This document shows, piece by piece, positions 1 to 8,238 of a stretch of 32,000 nt of DNA. The notes beneath the pieces are model-generated. The model saw only the letters and a list, made by a program, of their open reading frames with translations. It was not told where the DNA came from and ran no database searches. The first letter of the stretch is position 1; the number at the start of each line of letters is the position of its first letter. The stretch is from Promethearchaeum syntrophicum (GTDB lineage Archaea > Asgardarchaeota > Lokiarchaeia > Sigyniarchaeales > Promethearchaeaceae): NCBI RefSeq assembly GCF_008000775.2, contig NZ_CP042905.2, positions 1,290,001 to 1,322,000 of the forward strand. Direction: 5' to 3'. Made by a program: the position numbers and the translations under genes.

Positions 1-795
1 ATCGGAAATGTCAAATTCATATTTCAACCTGCAGAAGAAGGTGGAGCAGGGGCTTATAAAATGATTAATGAAGGAGTACTTGATGACGTAGATGAAATTT
101 TTGGTTTGCATGTATGGAGTCCTCTTGAATCGGGAAAAATTGGCTTATGTCCGGGACCAATAATGGCTTCCTCAGATATGTTCGAAATAACAATCAAAGG
201 AAAAGGTGGTCATGCTGCTTTTCCTCATTTATGCATTGATCCAAGTGCGATAGTTCCTGATATCTATGATGCTTTCCAAAAAATATTAACACGTGAAATC
301 GATCCCCTAGAGCCTACTGTAATTTCAATACCTGTCTTCAAGGGTAGTAATGCACATAATGTAATACCTTCGAAATTTACTCTTCAAGGAACTATTCGTA
401 CTCTAAATCCTACAATTAGAAAATATATCATTAAGAGGATGCATGAAGTCCTAAAAGGATATGCAGAAGCATGGAGATGTAAGGCAAAATTAAAATTTAT
501 TGAGCCTTCTTATCCCACTGTTATTAATGATGAAGAATTAACTGAAAAAATATCTGAATTATTAGATCCTTTAGGACCTATTACAAGCATTCCCCCAAGC
601 ATGGGGGGAGAAGATTTCTCATTTTTTCAACAAAAAGTTAGAGGTGTTTTTCTATTTTTGGGGATTAAAAATATCGAAAAAGGAATATTAAATCCGCATC
701 ATCACCCAAATTTTGATATCGATGAGGATATTCTATGGAAAGGTGCAGCCATCTATTCAATTTTGGGATTTAAAAATTTTAACGTTGATTTCTAG
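1..795 (+). CDS. M20D-family amidohydrolase (N-acyl-L-amino-acid amidohydrolase / hippurate-hydrolase-like), 5'-truncated by the window edge
   Basis: Frame 1 is open from base 1: IGNVKFIFQPAEEGGAGAYK precedes the Met at 61. QPAEE, GKGGHAA and C-terminal GGEDF motifs are typical of peptidase family M20D. Confidence 0.85.
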   Translation: MGNVKFIFQPAEEGGAGAYKMINEGVLDDVDEIFGLHVWSPLESGKIGLCPGPIMASSDMFEITIKGKGGHAAFPHLCIDPSAIVPDIYDAFQKILTREIDPLEPTVISIPVFKGSNAHNVIPSKFTLQGTIRTLNPTIRKYIIKRMHEVLKGYAEAWRCKAKLKFIEPSYPTVINDEELTEKISELLDPLGPITSIPPSMGGEDFSFFQQKVRGVFLFLGIKNIEKGILNPHHHPNFDIDEDILWKGAAIYSILGFKNFNVDF

Positions 796-849
796 AAAAT
801 ATTCAAAAATATCTAAAATTATCAAGAAAAATATTGAAAAAAAACTAAA

Positions 850-2046
850 TTATAGTAAATTCGGTTTTCGTTTTTGAATCTTCGTAGCGACTATACATAC
901 TGCTGTAGAACTAAGTAATATTAATGGAATTATTGAATATCCGGGAAGTTCGAAAGGATCCTCCTCAAACCCCTTCTTAAATTCAACAAAAAGAGTATGA
1001 TCCGAATCTACATTTTCAAATGTATAATTATGCGGTGTTCCAATAATAGTTCCATCGATATTTACACTATCAACCATAAATCCCTCATCTGGAATGAATT
1101 TGAAAAATCTATCATCACCTTCCAATACTGAAATTTCACCTTCAGGATCAATAATACCATTATTGCTGCTGCTTGTATTAATTGTATAATAAATGAAATC
1201 TCCTCTAAAATCTAAATAGGGGTTCCTACCAAACCATTCTTCATGAGATCCAGTATAATAAACATTTGGTGTAGGATGAATTAAATTTTCCCCTAACATT
1301 TCATCCAAAATAGAATTAATTCTTAAACGTAATGTATCAGAACCCGTTTGTACTGGAATTCCAAATTCATCTTCTTTGAATACATCTTTAATAAATAATA
1401 ATTCAGAATCTTCTTCTTTAATTTCGCTTAATACAGCAAAATTTCCAAGAACAACATCTACTGTTCCGTACTTGAGAGCTTCAATTGCTAAAGTAATAGT
1501 AGAAAACCTCACTTTTTCAGCAACTATACCTTCGTCATCGATATACGATTCACCCGCTGTACCATCTTGAACACCAACAGAAACTAGAGTTGAATTAATA
1601 TCAGCAATCGACTCAATTCCTTTTGGATTATCATCATTAACCATTATTGCTAAAGCACTTCTATAATACCAACGTGAAAAGTCCATTTCACTCTCTCTTT
1701 CTGGTGTTATTGTGATGGCTGAAATCGCGCAATCAAATTCACCATTTTGTAAATCTGCAAAGATATTTGTCCAATATACATCTACCCATTCTATAGAAAC
1801 TCCAATATCATTAGCGATATATTGCATAATATCTGGATCAAAACCTTCAATTTCGTCAGTAACTGAATTTATTTGTTCAAAAGGTGGATATCCTACATCA
1901 ATTCCAACAACAATTTTTCCCGCATCAATCACATCTTGTAAACTAGAATCTTCTATAGGGGTTGCGGATGAGTCAGAAACAAAAAAAAATAAGAAGGGTA
2001 AAAGAAATATAAAGAGGATTAAAATCCCATGAGGTTTATTTTTCAT
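850..2046 (-). CDS. Secreted, membrane-anchored family-3 solute-binding protein (amino-acid ABC-type SBP) with an extra beta-rich module and a PGF-CTERM-like tail
   Basis: Signal peptide (ILILFIFLLPFLFFFVS). SBP_bac_3 pattern (KIVVGIDVGYPPFE, GFDPDIM, DFSRWYY). Extra module GIIDPEGEISVLEGDDRFFKFIPDEGFMVDSVNIDG...HTLFVEF. C-terminal PGY, then a hydrophobic helix, then KRK. Confidence 0.8.
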   Translation of the reverse strand: MKNKPHGILILFIFLLPFLFFFVSDSSATPIEDSSLQDVIDAGKIVVGIDVGYPPFEQINSVTDEIEGFDPDIMQYIANDIGVSIEWVDVYWTNIFADLQNGEFDCAISAITITPERESEMDFSRWYYRSALAIMVNDDNPKGIESIADINSTLVSVGVQDGTAGESYIDDEGIVAEKVRFSTITLAIEALKYGTVDVVLGNFAVLSEIKEEDSELLFIKDVFKEDEFGIPVQTGSDTLRLRINSILDEMLGENLIHPTPNVYYTGSHEEWFGRNPYLDFRGDFIYYTINTSSSNNGIIDPEGEISVLEGDDRFFKFIPDEGFMVDSVNIDGTIIGTPHNYTFENVDSDHTLFVEFKKGFEEDPFELPGYSIIPLILLSSTAVCIVATKIQKRKPNLL

Positions 2047-2283
2047 TATTTATCATTCCTTGAAATGTAAAATACAAATATAATGGTGAAACTACAGTTT
2101 TAAAATGTTATTATTACAGATCAAACAAATAAAAATCTTGTTCATTATATTTCTTATGAATAGAAAATGTTATCAAATATTGATATCATTAATTTAACTT
2201 ACAGATAAGGAATGCTATCTTTTCGTTAGTTAGGAATTTTAATGTTTTAGTCAAATTTTGTAAAAAAAATGGGAAGTATACTC

Positions 2284-2601
2284 TCATTTATTATATTCAT
2301 GCTCTCCGCGTGTTACTTTGGCGGGTAAATGTTGATATGGATCTACTTCTTCTTTACATTCAAAACCCACACCCACTCTAGCACCAGTGGCTGAATTTAC
2401 TATTCCCACCTTGCTTATCTCTCGTGCTCTTCTTAATGCGGTTCTTCGCTGAATAAAACTAATATCCTTATCTGAATATTTAAAAAGCCACGCTTTCTCA
2501 TCCTCAAATAATTCTAAATATATGCCTTTTTGTCCAATTTCTGCGACTGGGTGAAAGGTTTGGTTTGAAGCTTCCCATCGTAAAATAAATTCATCACTCA
2601 T
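2284..2601 (-). CDS. Hypothetical protein (105 aa)
   Basis: Clean ATG-initiated ORF isolated between AT-rich spacers, with a TATA-like AATATAAAAA about 25 nt upstream on the minus strand. No motif I recognise. Confidence 0.5.
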   Translation of the reverse strand: MSDEFILRWEASNQTFHPVAEIGQKGIYLELFEDEKAWLFKYSDKDISFIQRRTALRRAREISKVGIVNSATGARVGVGFECKEEVDPYQHLPAKVTRGEHEYNK

Positions 2602-2702
2602 ATTTTTTTCACTTTTTTTTTTATATTGAAATATAATCGCTTAATTTTATTAAAATTATTCCTTATTTTTAGTTTCTCAGAAATGTAGGCGTTTTTAACC
2701 CA

Positions 2703-3596
2703 TTATTTTTGAATTTTTTTTTGTTTTTCAAGCCATTGCGTTTTGATTTCTTCTGGAAGTAAATCAATAAAAGAAGATTGTCTAAATTTTTTTGCTGGTG
2801 CTCCATATATAAATTGAGAATCTTCTCGTTCAATTCTCCAACCTTTTGGAACATAAGATTTTGGTCCTATTGCAGTTCCCTCAGAAATAGTTCCACCTGG
2901 TGCCATAATTGAATTTGTTTGCATAACGCCATCTTTTTCAACAGTAACTTCCTCAATGGTGAGATTTCCAAAAATTGAATCGTTAACATGGCTCGATAAT
3001 GTAGCCCCATCCATTATTATTGCTCCTTGTTGTAAATTTGTGAATTCTAATGATACATAGGCATCACCATAAATCACATCTTTATCAATTTTATTGGCTG
3101 CCATATCCCTTAAAACAAAGTTAACCATCCAAGGAAATATCGATTTTTTAGATATAAAAACCGGCCATTTATACATAAAACCCCTTAGGTGATAATAATG
3201 AACTCCCCGATCTGCTACATTATGTTTTGTGAATTTTCTGGAAAAAACTCCCGTTTTTGCAGGGCTTTGCTTGTTGTAATACCAATGCAATATTTTACAG
3301 AATTTTGTCATAGACCAAATATACATTAGATAGTCAATTATGAAAATTAGGGGTAAGAATATAATTTGCAAGAATATCTGAACTGCTAGAAGTTCATATA
3401 AATAGTAAATGAAAAAATTAATTCCGATTACTACAAATATCGGCATGCAAAACTGATATATGTTAATATAAAAAAAAGGCATTCGAGGTAATTCTACAGA
3501 CTTTTCTGCCCATTCATCAGCGAGTTCATCTGAAGTCTTTTTACGAAAATTAAATCTACGTTTTTTCGATTTAGGTTGCTGATTATTCATGGACAT
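2703..3596 (-). CDS. Membrane protein with a C-terminal hexapeptide-repeat (left-handed beta-helix-like) domain
   Basis: Basic N-terminus and several hydrophobic helices (FFYINIYQFCMPIFVVIGINFFIYYLY; IFLQIIFLPLIFIIDYLMYIW). C-terminal imperfect hexapeptide pattern GAIIMDGATLSSHVNDSIFGNLTIEEVTVEKDGVMQTNSIMAPGGTISEGTAIGP. The track start at 3602 is TTG; the first ATG is at 3596. Confidence 0.6.
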   Translation of the reverse strand: MSMNNQQPKSKKRRFNFRKKTSDELADEWAEKSVELPRMPFFYINIYQFCMPIFVVIGINFFIYYLYELLAVQIFLQIIFLPLIFIIDYLMYIWSMTKFCKILHWYYNKQSPAKTGVFSRKFTKHNVADRGVHYYHLRGFMYKWPVFISKKSIFPWMVNFVLRDMAANKIDKDVIYGDAYVSLEFTNLQQGAIIMDGATLSSHVNDSIFGNLTIEEVTVEKDGVMQTNSIMAPGGTISEGTAIGPKSYVPKGWRIEREDSQFIYGAPAKKFRQSSFIDLLPEEIKTQWLEKQKKIQK

Positions 3597-3675
3597 TCTC
3601 AATTTTTAAAATGAACCAAATAAAAAAAAATTATGCTAAAAATAAAAGATAAAGAATTATTACTTGATTTGAATA

Positions 3676-4485
3676 ATGGGTAAAAAGAAAAAATCGCATA
3701 GGCAAAAACGAGGGTATCCAATAGGACTCATAATTGGATTTGAATCTATGCAAATTAATATTTGGAAAGTTTTTAGCGAACGTGTCCTAATCTTCAAAGT
3801 GAGAAAACTCGGTCGCAAATTTGAAAATGCTCAAAAATCACATTTATATCACTTCTTTGAAGATATTATTAACGATTTAAGACCAATAATGAAAGAAGGA
3901 ATCAAAAGCATATTACTGGTTTGCCCTTTGAAAAAAGATTATGCTTCATTATTCCTCAATCATATAAAATCCCATCACAAATGGTTGATTCTTGAAAAAA
4001 ATATCAATTCCGCATCATTTCAAATATTACATGGTTCAGTTAGAGACTTAGAAGAAGTCTCCTCTTTTATTCAAACCGATCAATATCTTGAAGCAATTGG
4101 CTCTGTCACTGAAAAAGAAACTAATCGCATTATAGAAACGTTAGAAAAACGTCTAAATGATCTCGAAAATGGCTTGGTTTTGTATACTTTAAAAGAAATT
4201 GAAGAAATAGTTTATTCAGGAGGGAAGCGAAAAAAAAAATTCAAGCCTCTTTCTTTGATTCCTGAGCATATTTTATTCACCAATTCTTTTATCGACGAAA
4301 ATCCACAGAAAAATCGAATCCATCGTTTAATTCAGATTGCAAAAAATCGACAAATAATTTCCAAGATCATTGATTCTGAAACTCCTGCTGGCATAAGAAT
4401 TAACCAATTAGGAGGAATTGTATGCTTTTTACTGGTAAAATCAGATTATGAGAAGAAAATAGGTCAAAAAATTATTGATCGATAA
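3676..4485 (+). CDS. Pelota/eRF1-fold protein (central and C-terminal domains only; no N-terminal domain, no GGQ)
   Basis: By-eye colinearity with Pelota domains 2-3: IGLIIGFESMQINIW; HLYHFFEDIINDLRPIMKEGIKSILLVCPLKKDYASLF (compare ...SIIILGPGF...); TEKETNRIIETLEKRL...GLVLYTLKEIEEIV; C-terminal LGGIVCFLL (compare FGGxAGILRY). Confidence 0.5.
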   Translation: MGKKKKSHRQKRGYPIGLIIGFESMQINIWKVFSERVLIFKVRKLGRKFENAQKSHLYHFFEDIINDLRPIMKEGIKSILLVCPLKKDYASLFLNHIKSHHKWLILEKNINSASFQILHGSVRDLEEVSSFIQTDQYLEAIGSVTEKETNRIIETLEKRLNDLENGLVLYTLKEIEEIVYSGGKRKKKFKPLSLIPEHILFTNSFIDENPQKNRIHRLIQIAKNRQIISKIIDSETPAGIRINQLGGIVCFLLVKSDYEKKIGQKIIDR

Positions 4486-4512
4486 TTTGGAAAGGTAACA
4501 CAAAAAATATAT

Positions 4513-4526
4513 AAAAAAAAAAAAAA
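4513..4526 (-). terminator. Oligo-T tract (T14 on the minus strand) just downstream of the SDR stop codon
   Basis: A14 on the plus strand at 4513-4526. The SDR stop is at 4530-4532 on the minus strand. Archaeal RNAP terminates at oligo-T tracts. Confidence 0.5.
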
Positions 4527-4529
4527 TTA

Positions 4530-5345
4530 TTAAAGCCCGTCCATTTTCCCGCCGTTAATTGGGATGAGAGAACCATTAATAAAATATGCCCCTTCACTAC
4601 ATAGAAAACACACAGGATCACTTACATAGGATGTTTGACCAATTCCAAAAGGTATACGACCATCATAATATTTCTTAAATTTACCTTCATCTTTTTCAAG
4701 AAGTTCTCCTAAGATAGGGGTATCTATTAATGTTGGCTTCACTGCATGCGATCGGATATTATATCTCGCCAATTCTTTTGCCATTGTCAACGTCATGCCA
4801 ACTACACCCGCTTTTGATGCTGAATATGCTACTTGTCCTGCATTTCCCTCAGCAGCTAATGATGCAATATTTACAATTACCCGCGGTTTATTCTCAAGAA
4901 CTGGAAGATATTTTTCTCCTTTTTCTTTAGCTTTCGCTCTCGATTCATTAACCCACTTTGTAACAAATGCTTGACTTACTATTGCAACTCCTTTCAAATT
5001 CACATCAATTGTAAAATCCCAAAATTTCTCATTAAATCTGGAAACTAGAAAATCTCGTAAAACCCCTGCGCAATTAATCAAAAAGTCAAAATCTCCAATT
5101 TCTGTCATTGCTTGGGCAACTAATTTCTCAACACCTTCTTTATCGGAAACTGATCCTTTAAGAAAAATCGCTTTTCCATTTCCAGCTTTCTTTAATTCTT
5201 CGACGGTTTTATTTCCTAATTCTTCATTCATATCTAATATCGCTACTGAAGCTCCGTTAGATGCCATATCCATAGCAATTTGACGCCCAATTCCAGATGC
5301 TCCACCAGTAATAAAAGCATTCTTACCTTCAAAATTCCATTTCAT
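4530..5345 (-). CDS. Short-chain dehydrogenase/reductase (classical SDR, FabG / 3-hydroxyacyl-CoA dehydrogenase-like)
   Basis: TGGASGIG cofactor motif, NCAG, and the catalytic YSASK (YxxxK) motif. Length is 271 aa. Confidence 0.9.
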   Translation of the reverse strand: MKWNFEGKNAFITGGASGIGRQIAMDMASNGASVAILDMNEELGNKTVEELKKAGNGKAIFLKGSVSDKEGVEKLVAQAMTEIGDFDFLINCAGVLRDFLVSRFNEKFWDFTIDVNLKGVAIVSQAFVTKWVNESRAKAKEKGEKYLPVLENKPRVIVNIASLAAEGNAGQVAYSASKAGVVGMTLTMAKELARYNIRSHAVKPTLIDTPILGELLEKDEGKFKKYYDGRIPFGIGQTSYVSDPVCFLCSEGAYFINGSLIPINGGKMDGL

Positions 5346-5423
5346 TTTTTTTCACTCGCTAAAAATTCAATATAAAATTGTTATTTCTTTGTTTAGTTAT
5401 TTTTCAAAAATTATAAACTTGAT

Positions 5424-6191
5424 TTACTTCGAGTATTTGGATGTTAGAAAATTATACAATCCTTCGGGATCATTTGTAATGATTGAATCCACACCATTTT
5501 TTATCAACCTTTCCCAATCTTTTGGCTTATCAACTGTCCAAGGATTAACCAAAAGACCTAAAACATGAGCCTTAGTACATAATTTCTTACTTGTCATTAT
5601 TGAGATTGGATTGATTGAATCTGCTTTTACGCTTAAGGCATGATTTATAAAACCCATTTTATTTAAGAATGCAAGAAAGAAAGCAAAAAAATTGCCGCCC
5701 GTAGGTTCTAAAGTCGCACAATTAATTTCAGGTTTCAATTTCTTTGCTTGAGCAACTTCACTATGTATGAAAGACGAGATAATTATGTCATCAATCATTC
5801 CATTTTTTTCAACCATATTAACCACAGATTCAGCGAGCCCCTCGGCTTTTATTTCTATGTTAATTCCAATTTTTCCTTTACAAAGATCAATAACTTCTTG
5901 TAAAGTCGGAATTTTTTCTCCTTCTCCAATATCGAGCGATTTTAAAATATTTAAATGCGTCCCTTTTACAACCAAATCTTGATTTGCTACATTCCCAGTT
6001 GTGTAGTTATGAATAACAACAAATTCTTTATCTGCTGAAAAATGGACATCCAATTCAATATAATCTGCTTTTGCTTCAATCGCCTTTCTAAATGCAAGCA
6101 TAGTGTTTTCGGGATATTTTTTGTTAAAACCTCGATGTGCTATAATCGCAATAGGGAAATTTTCCTTTTTCTTTAATTTTTTATTAACCAT
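5424..6191 (-). CDS. Glycerophosphodiester phosphodiesterase (GDPD family)
   Basis: IAHRGF..YPENT..AF..A...ADYIELDV motif set of GDPD. The track start at 6209 is TTG; the first ATG (MVNKK...) is at 6191. Confidence 0.88.
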   Translation of the reverse strand: MVNKKLKKKENFPIAIIAHRGFNKKYPENTMLAFRKAIEAKADYIELDVHFSADKEFVVIHNYTTGNVANQDLVVKGTHLNILKSLDIGEGEKIPTLQEVIDLCKGKIGINIEIKAEGLAESVVNMVEKNGMIDDIIISSFIHSEVAQAKKLKPEINCATLEPTGGNFFAFFLAFLNKMGFINHALSVKADSINPISIMTSKKLCTKAHVLGLLVNPWTVDKPKDWERLIKNGVDSIITNDPEGLYNFLTSKYSK

Positions 6192-6348
6192 AGTTCTCAA
6201 ATTTCTCAACCATGTAAAAAGTTTTTTTTATTTTATCACCTATAAAAAATTTTAAAACTATGGATTTTACAATTAGAGCTATAGTTTTTCGCACTTTTCG
6301 ACAAAATTCTAAGAAACAACATTTAAATACTACAATTAGTTTAGATAG

Positions 6349-6356
6349 TTTAATAA
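6349..6356 (+). promoter_or_regulatory. TATA-like box (TTTAATAA) upstream of the zinc-ribbon gene
   Basis: The box is centred about 27 nt upstream of position 6381, where the conserved zinc-ribbon coding sequence begins. This spacing is typical of archaeal TATA-to-TSS distance and of leaderless mRNAs. Confidence 0.3.
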
Positions 6357-6380
6357 AAAAATAATTCTCGGTGGTTCAAA

Positions 6381-6662
6381 ATAGAATTTTGTGAAGATTG
6401 CGGAAATATTTTATTGCCTAAGAAACGAAGCGACGAACTATTTTGTAAAATTTGTCAAAAATCTTTTCCTTTGAAGGAAAAAAAAGACAAAGAAAAGATC
6501 AAGCATTACAAAAGTGCTTCTGATGTAGTTAAAAAGACGAAGGCTAAAAAGAAATTAGCCTTAAAATCATCAACTATTATAGAAGAAATTCGCAAAGCAC
6601 CTTCAATTTCTCAAGATGAACGAGAAGCTTTCGGCGAATTATTTGAAATGAGTGGAGAATAA
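6381..6662 (+). CDS. Small zinc-ribbon protein (TFS / RpoM / Rpb9 N-terminal Zn-ribbon-like) with a Lys-rich tail; start codon unresolved
   Basis: The in-frame sequence upstream of the track's TTG start (6414) reads (I)EFCEDCGNILLPKKRSDELFCKICQ, a complete CxxC...CxxC ribbon matching the FCxxCGNLLxP pattern. The frame is open from 6357, with no ATG, GTG or TTG before 6414. ATA at 6381 is the candidate start. Confidence 0.6.
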   Translation: MEFCEDCGNILLPKKRSDELFCKICQKSFPLKEKKDKEKIKHYKSASDVVKKTKAKKKLALKSSTIIEEIRKAPSISQDEREAFGELFEMSGE

Positions 6663-6663
6663 C

Positions 6664-6670
6664 TTTTTTT
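6664..6670 (+). terminator. Oligo-T tract (T7) immediately after the zinc-ribbon gene stop
   Basis: TAA at 6660-6662 is followed by CTTTTTTT. Confidence 0.35.
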
Positions 6671-7029
6671 ACTATAAAATAAATTGATTTTGGAGATTTG
6701 AGTTTTTTAAAAGTTTATCAAATTTATTTAGGATCCCTTATCAAACTAAAAGATCTTTAGAGACAAATGTTTTTTGAGCAATTTCCTAAGGTTATAGTTG
6801 GAAATATCAGAAAATGAATCCAAAGTCTCCTAATTTAAAATTTACATTTTTAGTCTCAATTTTGTCCAAATGGGATCAACATAATAAACATAATCATCAA
6901 ATCCTCTTTCAAATAATACTCAAATAAGATTTTTTTGTTATGCTCAAGAAAAACTTTGGAGAACTGTCACTTTGACAGAAATGTGAATAATTACTGATCT
7001 ATTTATTAATTGAAAAAAAATTAATTTGT

Positions 7030-7707
7030 TTAGAGAAAGAAATCACTATCATCATCTAAATCATCTTGATCATCAAAAGATTGAATATTAATGAATAAAT
7101 CATAATCAAAAATGTTTTGAATTAGTGAGCGGAGCGAATTTTTCACCATTTTTATATCTTTCATTCCAAGACCAATGATTTTAGAATTTGAGAAAATTAA
7201 AAATGTTCCTCCGGTTGGCGGTTTTACAATTGCAGCAGGAAATTGTTCAGGTTCATAAAGACAATTGGTTAAAGTTAAACAGGCCATTTCTAAATTTATT
7301 AAACGCTTCAATTGACTCATAACAACAAGATTTTGAATTTTAATTTGAAATTCAGTAAAATTAATTTCTGCTTTTGCTAAGCGATCTATAATTTTTTCTT
7401 TGATGCTTGGAATTTTTTTCTGTTCTTTAATGCCAGTTATAATGAGTTTCCCATTTCGGAACAAAATCACAGATATATTATCAATCTTAAACATTACACA
7501 AGGGAATCGATTTAAACGTTTTACCTCAATCCTTTTTTCTACTTCGTTAAAATCTATTCTTTTTTCCCCCTCTAATTCCAAAATACCTAATGCCACAATA
7601 TTAATGATTTTGTAAGGAAAGTTGCTATTTGCCTCATTCTCTTCAAATTCTTCAATTTCACCTGCGTAAACAGAAATTGTTTGGTCCGGGATTTCAAGAA
7701 GTGCCAT
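7030..7707 (-). CDS. Divergent TATA-box-binding protein paralogue with acidic N- and C-terminal extensions
   Basis: Two TBP repeats: NRFPCVMFKIDNISVILFRNGKLIITG and YEPEQFPAAIVKPPTGGTFLIFSNSKIIGLG. Acidic tail DDQDDLDDDSDFFL. The first repeat is much less canonical than in the paralogue at 11808-12521. Confidence 0.8.
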   Translation of the reverse strand: MALLEIPDQTISVYAGEIEEFEENEANSNFPYKIINIVALGILELEGEKRIDFNEVEKRIEVKRLNRFPCVMFKIDNISVILFRNGKLIITGIKEQKKIPSIKEKIIDRLAKAEINFTEFQIKIQNLVVMSQLKRLINLEMACLTLTNCLYEPEQFPAAIVKPPTGGTFLIFSNSKIIGLGMKDIKMVKNSLRSLIQNIFDYDLFINIQSFDDQDDLDDDSDFFL

Positions 7708-8238
7708 TTTGTTTATTCTCCTTCTTCTTTTTTAATTTTTTATTTTTAATTGAACAAAGAACAGGTTCAATTTTTAATTTTCAAATTCAATGATTAAAAA
7801 AGAGAATTTGTTTTGTATATTAAAAAATACTTATTTCACAATATATATGTTTCGGACAACTTACAAGATTTCCAATATATTCTTAGAATCTTTTTGTTAA
7901 TATTCTAAATAAGAACTGATGAGAAATAGGTTTATAGAATTGATGGATATTCTTCGGTAAATATAAAAAAATCAATTTTCTTATATAAAACAAAAAATAT
8001 GACCTATCCGAGTAGTGTCTGAAAGAGATTTTGATGATCAGGTTCTGTAATTTGTTTCTGTTCCGACATAATTGAGACATTAAACAGAAATTTTAAAATT
8101 TGAGCCTTTGGTTTCTTAAGTTGCATATTTCCGGTGACAACAGAAGGAAATTGCTCAAAAAATTGTTTATCTCTAAACCTTCTATAAAATAAGGAAAATT
8201 ATTATCAATAAGTTGAAATAATTTATAACTGAACTAAT

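Noticed and set aside
1376-2032. Plus-strand ORFs 1376-1570 and 1712-2032
   Set aside because: They are entirely antisense to the well-supported solute-binding protein gene (850-2046). The Ser/Ile-rich translations are typical of shadow frames.
2669-2854. 61-aa minus-strand ORF overlapping the 3' end of the membrane/LbH gene
   Set aside because: It lies in an alternative frame of the same strand within a longer, better-supported ORF. The Lys/Asn-rich translation is consistent with AT-rich noise.
6963-6977. Hairpin CTGTCA-CTT-TGACAG in the 6663-7029 spacer, and a general search of that 370-bp gap for an RNA gene
   Set aside because: The 6-bp stem is isolated. The spacer has no GC-rich island such as tRNAs or structured ncRNAs show in AT-rich archaeal genomes, and no conserved boxes are visible.
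7915-8040. Possible C/D-box sRNA (UGAUGA-like strings at about 7917 and 8032, CUGA at about 8018)
   Set aside because: The box spacing of about 100 nt is wrong for archaeal C/D sRNAs (about 50-70 nt). No D box follows the second UGAUGA at the right distance, there is no terminal stem, and the flanking R of RUGAUGA is not satisfied.
8055-8090. Hairpin TTTCTGTT...(20 nt)...AACAGAAA in the 7708-8238 spacer
   Set aside because: An 8-bp, almost entirely A/T stem is expected by chance in DNA this AT-rich. It has no associated T-run or gene end.
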